A DNA stretch of 64,000 nt from NCBI GenBank assembly GCA_030141605.1, contig JAQGDQ010001071.1:1-64000 (forward strand), in the 5' to 3' direction. The translations under genes and the position numbers were made by a program. The stretch's first letter is position 1, and every line of letters starts with the position of its first letter. The DNA comes from Tubiluchus corallicola. Lineage: Eukaryota > Animalia > Priapulida. The notes below the pieces were generated by a model. The model ran no database searches, was not told the DNA's origin, and was given only the letters and a program-made list of their open reading frames with translations. Below, piece after piece: positions 46,579-58,800 of this stretch.

Positions 46579-49500
46579 CTGCATAAAAACAATTTCATTT
46601 AATGTGGCAGGTGAACATTTGAATTTTTGGTGGAAACGTACCTCGGGAGCATGCATTTGTTTATTAACTCCTTTAGGACCGCACCAAACCTATGCACAGA
46701 CATAACTAAATGATTAAAATATAGGTACTGTGCTGGTCAGGAGAATATCAGCTATCCAATCGTGCTATTTGTTTAAACATTTATAAACGATTTAACTAGA
46801 TAATTTAAAAAAAGCCCTCTTCAGGCACTCCAATTTAGCCTATTGAGTAGTTTAGTCTGGTATACACTTGCGTGATCATACACGCTATTTTACTGATCGC
46901 CTGCTTGCTACAGTCCAAGAGAACGGGCTGATGTACAGAGTTCCAGGAAAAACCAACCGATCAATCAAGAATAAATTAAGCTCGTCTCAAATTCCAACAG
47001 GAATTTCTGCTTAAAAATAGAGTAGACTTGAGACCAAAGTGTATCAGAGTGTTATGTCTGGATAGTTGAAATTTTCTGCATTAATTGATTTCACACAAGT
47101 GACACTGTACATTGTTACAGTGCAAACATTGGAGTTACTGAAACCTTTTTTCAATTTATTCGTCAATAATAAATTTTTAATTTGTTTGATTTAAGCAAGT
47201 GCATTTCATATAATTTTGCATGTAAATCCATTCTGTGAGGAGTAGAAACCTACAAAAATTAACAAATGTAATCCCTGCTTAGTGAGAGCAGTTTTTCACG
47301 AAGCCGTGCAAAATGCAGCAAATGCTGACGGTACTGAAGGACTCAAAAAATTTCTTTACCGTCGCTGGCTGTAATGATAATACTAGGTGGTGCAGAAAAA
47401 ATGTGCCGAACTTTAGAACTAATATTAGAAGCAACTGCCCTCGAAAGTTGAGATTTCACAGGATGATATGACAGCACACTTTTCTTTTACCTGTACCAGT
47501 TATTAGTTTATAGTTTTAGTGGTTTTTAAGTTCTGATCGGAGAACTTCTGCATTATTAGACAATTAAGTGCCGGGCTTAATCCTCTGGATAACTGTGCCT
47601 GGAATTCCCTTGAAGCAAAACCTGACCCAATCTTAAACTGCAGGTCAAAATATAAAAATGAAATATACTATTTTTCAAAAATGACTTACGTGAAAGAATC
47701 ATTACCACACAAACACAATTTCACATTCGCAGCCACTAGTTCTTTGCTGTTACGTGCATTTCGCCCTTTGCTAGTTAGACGGACACTAGCGCCTGCATTT
47801 AGGAAACGCATTGCACAAAAAACAAATGCTGTTCCTGTCAGTTCAGATGTGTTTGTTTGTGATGAACTACACACGTTCGAGAGCACAGTGGTAAATTTGA
47901 AATTTTATGTAAAACTTGTTTAGTTTTAGTACACTGAATATCTTACAATACCATTTTCTCTTTCGCAAACACGCTCGTGTAATATTTTTGCGGTTGAAAA
48001 TTACGTTAGTTTGTGATGTTATGAATAGTTGGGTTCACCCACCATTAATTAAGATTTTAAACTATTATTTAATAATCACAAATTGGCAGTATTAACTCTG
48101 TTAAAATATATACCTTTTATCTGACTTGAAAATGAGGCAGTATAAGAAAAATCATCCCGTGTTCCTTTAAACGAACTTAACAGCATAGTCCGAGACCTTG
48201 AACTGATAAATTTGATAACTACTCACGGTTAGTTTTCCTTCTCGCAACAGCTTCCTCTTCCTCAACTCTTGCAGTTTCTTCAACCACTGTGCTTCCCTTT
48301 CCTTCTCGTTCCCGAAAAGCTAAAAATAAAACCAGAACAAACAATAAACGTCTCGCGTATTTAGACGGTGATAATCTTTCACTTTGTATAAACTCCCAAC
48401 TACACTGCCTGCTGACGAATGCATGTTTTTGCATAGATGAAATCAGACTTTTGCACAGGTGAAATCAGACTTTTGCATAGGTGAAATCAGACTTTTGCAC
48501 AGGTGAAATCAGACTATTGCATAGGTGAAATCAGACTTTTGCACAGGTGAAATCAGACTATTGCATAGGTGAAATCAGACTTGCATAGGTGAAATCAGAC
48601 TTTTGCATAGGTGAAATCAGACAATGTAATATCCGCTTAAAGGAAGACCGGACGATTGTTTAGACTCAATCTACAATTTACTGTCCAAAATATACATTTT
48701 CTTGCCTATAAAAGTTAACAATTGTTCTTTATATTTCAATAATTAGCTTAGAAAGCTAATTAACGGCAACCGAACACAGCTATTGCTTACATCAGAAACT
48801 AACCACAGTTTGTGCAATGGCAGGCATCTTCAATTGCACGTCAAGCACATTTGCATAGGTGTTACAGTACTGTTTAAATGCATGATGTCACGAAAAATGG
48901 GCTCTACGTCATATGATGTCAGAAACTAACAATGCAATTCATGATCATGAATACATGAACTTACACTTTCATGAGCAATAGCATGGATATCTTGCAAGTC
49001 TAACGTCGATGGCGGCAACTTGCTCCTCGCCGACAACTCAGCATTTTGGAGTGCCGGCATCTGCTGGGAAGCCGTTCCGAACATGGCTTTGTCGTGACTG
49101 TTCTCTGTCGTCATGTATGCGAAGTCCCCCGATGCCTGATTCCCTTTCTTCGCTTTTTCTTTCTTCTTTAGAAAAGTAACATTTTAATGAGTGTTACAAA
49201 AAAAAGATTTTATTCTAGCAAACTAAGCAAACTAGTTCCACCCAATAATGGAAGAAGCATTGTTAAGGTACATACCATCTACGAATACCCAATTGGTACA
49301 ATGTGAAAAATACTGATGAATTGAAGAAAGAGTTTAACCTATAAGCTAACTAGGGTAATGATAATCTCTCTCTCTCTCTCTCTTACTCTCTTTCTTTTTT
49401 CTCCCTCTCCCTCTCCCTCTCTCTCTCTCTTGATTGTAGCCTCTTACATACATTTTGCCCTGCATTAACCGAATTACAGTTTAGTTGCCAATTTTATAGA

Positions 49501-52500
49501 CACATAGATGTCGCATTTCACTACTGCAGAAACAAATACCAAAAATTGTTAGAATCATTAGAACTGGGGTTCCCACAGAATTTTAAAATAAATTTCCTTG
49601 ACTTTTCCCTGACCAAATATTGATTTTCCATGACCCAAGATAAGCATTTTTATGTTTTGACATTCATACATATACTGATATGTGTCGGCCAACCATTATT
49701 TTTGGAATAGAAATTGAAACTGGGAACCTGCCATAGTAAAATTTTATTTGAATGCGAATCGCTGAAAAATATATTTGGAAAGGTATCTGTTTAAAGTGAT
49801 TATTTTTGCAACCCTTTCCAATTTCCCTGACTTTTCACCCCATTTTCATCATTTTGCCTAACTTTTTACCAAATTATCTTTTCCCCCCGACTTTCCATGA
49901 CTTTGCAGGATAACCTGTATTTTCAAGGATTTTTCCCGTGGGAACCCCGTAGAGTGTACCAAGTGTACTACCTGTGTGATTCCTCTGCCGGACAGAAACG
50001 CACCGGGCACAAAATCACCCTTATCTATGTCATTGATGGCCAGTCTCCGTTTCAGTTCCTCTTCTGCCGAGAGACCAAGGTCAACTGGTGGAAGAGGAAG
50101 TCCTGAAGATGCAAAATTTTTTTCAAAAATAATTAGAATAACGGTTTACGATTATATAAAGAAATAATCCTTCATTATACGCTGGACTGAATGAACACTC
50201 ATACTGTGATACTTCACATCAGAGAATCTTGACATTACTTCACAAAATTAACAAATATTACTGTAATTTATTTTATTGTATGTGAAATTAAGTTAAAATT
50301 TATATTTTACCGGTAAATAAACTAGCGACGTAGCACTCAATCAGAACATGGAAATAGCCAATGTTGTGCAGGTGCTGCCGCCTGTTGGCTGCTGCGGGAA
50401 GTTTTACACTGACCTTGTATATGCGTGTTTTGTTGGCAAAATATCGATTACCAGCATACACGCGTATATAAAACACAAACTACGATATAAAACACAACTA
50501 CGCAGAGACATTAATTTTAATAATTTTTTTCTTCAAATGGGAAGGTGATGAAGCACAAGATTTAACTGCGTCATTGAAAAATTAATACTGTTTACTAAAG
50601 TCAAAGTTTATGGTCGACTTGTACACAGGTAATACACAATTTCTGGTCTTAAAATGCACATGGACTTGTACATAAGGTTGACCTGTACACAGGTCTTGTA
50701 AGGTAATTTAATTAACCTACCTGCACACAGGTACAAATAAGGTGATCTAATTAACCTACCTGTACACAGGTATACAAGGTAATTTAATTAACCTACCTGT
50801 ACACAGGTATATAAGGAAATTTAGTTAACCTACCTGTACACAGGTATATAAGGTAATTTAGTTAACCTACCTGTACACAGGTATACAAGGTAATTTAATT
50901 AACCTACCTGTACACAGGCATATAAGGTAATTTAATTAACCTACCTGTACACACGTATATAAGGTAATTTAATTAACCTACCTGTACACAGGTATATAAG
51001 GTAATTTAATTAACCTACCTGTACACAGGTATATAAGGTAATTTAATTAACCTAATTGTAAAAAAGGTATATAAGGTAATTTAATTAACCTACCTGTACA
51101 CAGGCATATAAGGTAATTTAATTAACCTACCTGTATGCAGGCATATAAGGTAATTTAATTAACCTACCTGTTTTACTCTTCAGCGATACATCAGCAGCAG
51201 CTAAAACAGAATTAAAAACACATCAGTGATGCACATTATGAGCAATCGAGGAATGTTACGATTTTTTATTTTGATGAATCAAATAAATCAACTAAAAATA
51301 AATTACACGAATTTCACTTAATAACATTACATAACTGTCTAATATTAGCCTATTTAACTTACAGTTGTATTCAATGGGGGAAAACACATCCAACAAACTT
51401 AAAATTACTTAGCCAGACACCAGCGTAAGTTTTTGAGAATCACTTATAATTTAGCAAAACAAGCCCCAATTAAACCTATACTTTTTCATAACTGTGGAAT
51501 TTTAAATTCAGATGACTTGGTTTCTTACCACATTGCTATCTACCTGTACAAAACACACCACAGTTTATTACCCCCGTCGTACGTAATCACCAACATCACT
51601 TCACTAGATTTAATGAATATTATATTCAATTTTGCAGGACCAATGTCAACAGAAACTTTTGAAAATTTACTGCTCTAAATCTATGAAATGAAATATCAAT
51701 TTATGTCACGACACATCGAAAATTATTTGGCTCTAAGAGATATATGAAATCTCTTCTGCTCAAATCTTACTTATAATGCATTTTTGGGTTTTGCCGTGAA
51801 GTGCGATAGTTACAGTACATCATGCGACTAGTTACATTACAGTTTATATTTTCATACGTTTGCATCGCGTCTCTGCTGAACCTCTTTCTATTTCATTCCT
51901 CTTCTCTTTTTCTCTATCTTTGTCTATTATTTTCTTAACTACTCCATGTTTTTCTATATTTCTCTCTCTTGTAAAATAAGTAGTTTTTTTTCTTTACTTT
52001 TCATGGTGGTACAGAGATATGTAATATCTGTATACATTCTACATTATAGTATGTTACTATTATACCATACTGCAATATTATACCAATAGCATTCTGCACT
52101 ATTCTATATGCTACACAATTTTACAGTGTACACATATTACAGCTAAATCGAATATTCTACAATGTACTTTTTACTAGATACATTAAAAAGTATACGTTAT
52201 AACTAAGATGGTCTTACAAGCTTTGCTTCTTGACCACCATGCAGCATATATATTTCCTGTTGATAAACTATTATGTAGTTATTAACTATATTAATATAGT
52301 TCTTTTACAGTTATTGTAATTACAATTGTTTTGATGTATAACAGTTACAATGTGACAATGTAATAACGCTGAAGTGGACAATAAATTACAATTACAATTA
52401 CAAATAAGTTTTCAGTCACTCAGAAGTCATTAGATGTCGGATGCAGGATGTACTGAGAGTACATGCCAATAAAAACACATCTTGAAAGAGCAAGTTCGTC

Positions 52501-52805
52501 ACAAGAAACTCGGAGAAAATTGCTTTCAAAATTTATATCATTCACATATAATTTCATTGTACGGTGAATTCTATTTCAGGTAGAACTATGTAAAACTAGA
52601 GAAGTGAAATTATCATGCCAGTCCACTAGAAACAGCCGATTTAATGACAGTTAAGAACTTGAAACAGCAGTTGCAGCAGCAGTAGTAGCAGCAGCAGCAG
52701 TGGTAACAGCAGTAGCAGCAGCAGCAGCAGTATCAGTAGCAGCAGCAGCACCAGTAGCAGCAGCAACAGTGGTAACAGCAGTAGTAGTAGCAGTAGCAGT
52801 AGTAA

Positions 52806-52841
<36 letters not shown>

Positions 52842-55800
52842 CAGTAGCAGTATCAGCAGCAGTGGTAGCAGCACTAGCAGCAGCAGCAGCAGTATCAGTA
52901 GCAGCAGCAGCACCAGTAGCAGCAACAGCAGTGGTAACAGCAGCAGCAGTGGTAGCAGCAGCAACAGCAGCAGCAGTAATAGTAGTAGCAGCAGCAGCAG
53001 CAGCAGTATCAGTAGCAACAGTAGCAGCAACAGCAGCAGCAGCAGCAGTAGTAGTGATCTTATATCATGTATGAATGTACAAGCTGAGTATATTTACATT
53101 TTGCAAAATTAGTATTGCACAAAAATCAAAATATTTTAAAATACTTCAATTACATTAATAATAATTATTAGTTACCAAAAGTAATGCAAAGGACTGGACA
53201 GAGAGTACAGACTCTAGTGGACAGAGATTATGGACTCTAGTGGACAGAGAGTATGGACTCTAGTGGACAGAGAGTACGGACTCTAGTGGACAGAGAGTAT
53301 GGACTCTAGTGGACAGAGAGTATGGACTCTAGTGGACAGAGAGTGTGGACTCTAGTGGACAGAGAGTACGGACTCTAGTGGACAGAGAGTGGACAGAGAG
53401 TATGGACTCTAGTGGACAGAGAGTGTGGACTCTAGTGGACAGAGATATGGACTCTAGTGGACAGAGAGTGTGGACTCTAGTGGACAGAGAGTGTGGACTC
53501 TACTGGACAGAGAGTACGTGCTCTAGTGGACAGAGAGTATGGACTCTAGTGGAGGAGAGTATGGACTCTAGTGGACAAAGAGTATGGACTCTAGTGGACA
53601 GAAAGTGTGGACTCTACTGGACAGAGAATATGGACTCTAGTGGACAGAAAGTATGGACTCTACTGGACAGAGTACGTGCTCTAGTGGACAGAGAGTATGG
53701 ACTCTAGTGGAGGAGAGTATGGACTCTAGTGGACAGAGAGTATGGACTCTAGTGGAGGAGAGTATGGACTCTAGTGGACAGAGAGTATGGACTCTAGTCG
53801 ACAGAGATTATGGACTCTAGTGGACAGAGAGTATGGACTCTAGTGGACAGAAAGTATCGACTCTAGTGGACAGAGAGTATGGACTCTAGTGGACAGAGAG
53901 TATGGACTCTAGTGGACAGAGAGTATGGACTCTAGTTGACAGAGAGTATGGACTCTAGCACGTCACCTTTTTATGATAACAGAAGTATAGCTGGAAACAT
54001 ACTAAAGCTTACCGGCTGCCTTCAGTGCCAACTGCATTCGAACTTTGTTTCGCTCAGCCGCCGTCTGAAACAAAAACACACGACAAACATGAAACAAGAA
54101 AAACTTGCCTAGAAACACGTGGAAAACTGAGATTAGTTTTTTTGTGGTCAAGAGCAATCTGAGATTAATTCTTATCTGTGCAACAAAGAAATACGGTCAT
54201 TACAGGATGATAGTAAGCTAGTTTTGTCTGCCTCTGCAAAGTCAGGTGACCGCAGATTAGCCTCCGTCCGTGCAAGCCATGCAAGTAGGCTTGCATCTCT
54301 ATTAACCAATAAGGTGCCGTTTAACAGACCCACCTTGGGATGGAAGTATTTTGAACCAATCAACCGACTGTTACAGTAGGCGCCACTTAACAGACCCACC
54401 TTCGGATGGAAGTATTTTGATTCAATTAACCGACTGTTACAGTAGGTGTCGCTTAACAAACCCATCTTGGGATGGGTCCAATTAACCGACTGTTACAGCA
54501 GGTGCCGTTTAACAGACCCATCTTGGGATGGAAGTATTTTGACCCCACTAACCGACTGTTACAGTAGGCGCTGCTTAACAGACCCACTTTGGAATGGGTC
54601 CAATTAACCGACTGTTACAGGAGGCGCCGTTTAACAGACCCACCTTGTGATGGAAGTATTTTGACCCAATTAACCGACTGTTACAGTATATGTTGCTTAA
54701 CAAACCTACCTTGGGATGGGTCCAATTAACCGACTGTTACAGTAGGTGCCGCTTAATAGATTTAACTTGGGACTTAAGTGTTTTGACCCAATTAAACGAC
54801 TAAATCTTTAAACCGTTGGATGTAGTATTACTAATGTAAAAGTACGAGTCATCACTCTCTGGCTTGGTATGCACTGCAAAAGCTACGAGAGCTTTAAATG
54901 CTACGTATTTAAGCCTATACTCCATTTTTTAAATTTAACCCTATGTTCTCCGTTACGTTTATCTTTACATTAGTTAAATTCCCTGGAATTCTAGCGTCTT
55001 GCTGACGGCTGCATCGGTGGCATATTAACTCATCAACTGATTAAACAGTCTGCGAAAAGCAGCAAGAGCTTCAAAAGAAAACCACTTCAAAAGGACAGCA
55101 CCTCATAAAATACTACTGCGATCACATGTCCAAGCCTCTATGCTGCATTTTCCATGTTAGACACTCGGCAGCAAAAAGTGGAAGTAGGACACCTTCGGTT
55201 TTTGAATCCCTAAGTAAGACAGTGGCTTCGTGCATCAGTGTAAAGATTTGTTAGCTGTTGAAAAGAATTATGAAACTCTAACTAAGACAGTGGCTTCGTG
55301 TATCAGTGTAAAAATTCGTTAGCTGTTGAAAAGAACTATGAAACTTCAACCGACAGTTTTTATATACTTTGCATAGAAGCGGCCCATATTAGACGTTTTT
55401 GAGACAATTAGGCGATTGATTCTACCAGGCATGAGAATGACAAATTGCAAAAATCTCTGAAACAGGCCAGGGGTTTTGTGGCCGCGTAGGCAGCAAAAAA
55501 TTGCAATTTTGTGACCATAGAGAGCCTCTAACTGGACTTAAAATATCAATTACATCAGTTACCTTGTTTCGTGCATAATTTAAAATACCCAGCTATCAAG
55601 GATACATGATACCTAATTGACTCAAAAACGCCTAAGTACTGGCCGCTCCTATGCAAAAGTATATAAAAACTGTCTGCAATTGACTCAAATAACTCCGCAC
55701 AATTGATTCTATATTTTTATACATAGAGATATACACGTGGTTACACTGATGTACGCGATGTAAACAAAGTGACGGCCTGCCATCTAGCGGTCAGCTTGTG

Positions 55801-58800
55801 AAATAATGTACTGGGTCCGTAAAAATTTTCTCGACGAATTTACGCGATTTACAAAAATGGCACTACTGGTCTTCCAAAAACTCCGAATTCCGGGTATCCG
55901 CGGAAAATTCTCATCCCTGTTCTACATCACCGTGAGTCTAATACATGGTACCTAGTGTATTAGGGAAATATGGACAATCGGCAAATTTGACCCAGCAATC
56001 AGCAAACTGAGATAAGAGTATATTTCACAATTTTTCTTATTCAAAGACCGAAAAGTGCAAAATGCCCACCCACCATGTCATCAAATCCCGGGATGTCGTC
56101 AATCAAATCTCTGAAACAAAAAAGAAATTTTCAAAATTGATACCGTCCAAAATCTTGCAAAATTTTTTTAAATGATCACGCAGTAAATTGCAGAAACATC
56201 ACTTCACATTGACCAAACTGGAGTAAACAACGTTTGTTTACAAGAAACAAAATATTTTGATAACTATTTATATCTATATATTTATAAACTATTTATAAAT
56301 GACTGCTACAACAGTAAATAGTACAAACTGCGTGTTTGTAAATAAAAGAAAATAGGCATCTAATTGCCTTTGATGGGTCACTTCAGAGCCACCGTCAGAT
56401 TCGCATCCACTTGTGCTGAACATTTTTTTACTCGTGATATATTTTAGCCACATTTACATAACTCGAAGTAAACGAAGTATTGCAAATTCATCAAATGAAC
56501 TAGAGTAGCTATCTTACGTCTGTGAGTAAAAATATTCTTATAGTACAGTGGACTCTCGTTATAAGAATCACCTCGGGAGAAGGCAAAGTGATTCTTATAA
56601 CGAGCGATTCTTATAACGAGCATGACCCAGAATTGCTTTAAAAAAATTTTATACACATAAAAATGATTTATTTCCCGAAATTACGCTAGAAACGACATGA
56701 AACAGCATAATGTTTTTCTGGCCTAAAAGAACCTAAAAATTCCTAGACTAATGTTTTTATTTCATGGTTAGGTAAATATTTCTTGATGCCAGAATTGCCT
56801 TAAAATTTTTTAATGCACATAATTTTTGTCATAAAACAAACAAATTTGAAATTTCTGTGGTGTCCGCCACGCCCACTGCGCAGAACCATGTAAGCAGGGC
56901 GTGAGAGACAATGGAGTTGGCGCCAAAATTGATTCTACTATCGAAAGAAGGGTGATTCTTATACGAGCGGATTTTACTAGGAAAATGCAGATTCAATTCG
57001 GGAAACGCGATTTTGATTCTTATATCGAGCTGATTCTTATACGTGTGATTCTTGTAACGAGAGTCCACTGTATTATAATATTCTTACATACTACGAATAT
57101 AGTATATTCCTATACGACAGTTCTTACACTAAGCTATTCTTATAGTAGAAATTGTTCATTTTTTTTACCAAATGATGCAAAACGCTTAAGGGACTCTCAA
57201 GGATGAGACATCCTAGGCTGCAGGCCATACTAGCCTATAAAATAATCAGGCCTTGTATCTAATTCGAGGAGAGATAAATCAGAAAAATGTACCATATATC
57301 ATTAACACAAAGTAAAGATAGCAAGCTTATCTACCCACAATATACAACCAAATATTTTTCTACAGTGTGACGGAAGTAGATCAATTTTACGAATTCAACA
57401 AAGTCGCATTACATATAAAGAATAATTACGGTACTCCCATAATTGAGTACCACAAGGTCAGTGAATGACAGTTTTATAGCTTTCAGCACTAACGGCAAAT
57501 TCAACAATCGTAGCGACAGAACTGCAAAAATTTTCACTACTGGGACTTCAAGAGACCAGGATTATATTTTAACATCGAAAATACGAAAACGTGTCAATCG
57601 TAATCAATGTTAGTAAACAAACATCAATACTTAAAGATGATTTTTGAAGATTTGATTACAGAAATGGAACACTAATGATGATTACAGAAATGATAGATGC
57701 CCAACGCCACCTATTGTGTAAGATCACTAACTTTTTCTCATTCTCGTCTCTGCCTCTTTTACAGAGCATCGCATTACGGCTCTGACTACCAGGGGGCAGC
57801 TTTTCATTGGAAATAGTTTATTGAGAAAAAAAGCATGGATTTGAGATTATGCATTAAAACCGAAGCTTCAGCAAGAGCTTTTTTGAATTTGTACGACGCC
57901 AGTATAAACTGCATCTCTACAGTTGGAAACTATATTAGCATTTAATATAATCAACTGTGTGTGTAACAAAAAATAATGCTGTTAATTGTTACAGGTTTGC
58001 ACTGCAAATGTTCACCCCCAGGTGGAGCCACTAGCAAGCAACGTAATACAGTTTTTGCTCGCGCACTGTGCACAAATAGTGCTGTGCCACTGTTTACTTA
58101 GATAAGCTTGACTTTATGGCCACTTTAATCATAGTATCCTCGCCCAGATGCAATATTATTTAGGACCCACCTTGACGTAGACTTGCTATTAGTACCTATC
58201 TCATTACTATTGCTCCTGGATCGTGCGGAGCGATCCCGACTTCGAGAACGCCGGCTCTTTTTCCCGGTCCTACTATCGTCGTTGTTCCGATGTCTCGATC
58301 GCGAGGATTTTGATCGTCGGTCGGAACTGGGGCTTTGCGATCTACTGGAATACCTTCCGCGACTCGACGACCGATGCTTCTGGCTACGTCGAGACGGGCT
58401 CCGAGAGGGACTTCGGGTAGGGCGGCTTTCTCTAATAATCGTATTGTAAATGGGCCTTTTGGGTGATCTAAACAATAAAAGGAATAAGATGCAATTTACA
58501 ATAAGTAAACATAATTTATACGCATAATATTTACTTGTAAAATAAACAGCTGAATGTAATGGAACAACATGATTACAGCTGTGTCATTGTAGAAAAGTTT
58601 ATAGCAGACTGCATAGAAGGAGCCACTTGTAAAAACTTTATGGCTGACAGAATAGAAGTATTGAATTTGTAGAGAGAAGTATATCAGACTGAAGTTAGCT
58701 TAGATTATGTAGACTGGCTCACTTTTGTGGTTGAAACAAAGAATATGAAATTGTGTTGAACTGTGAAAGACTGAAGTTAGTGTGGACAGTTGTAGACTGG

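Noticed and set aside
52641-53074. Poly-Ala/Leu/Gln ORFs
   Set aside because: Intronic CAG/TAG microsatellite; the Gln frame is broken by TAG.
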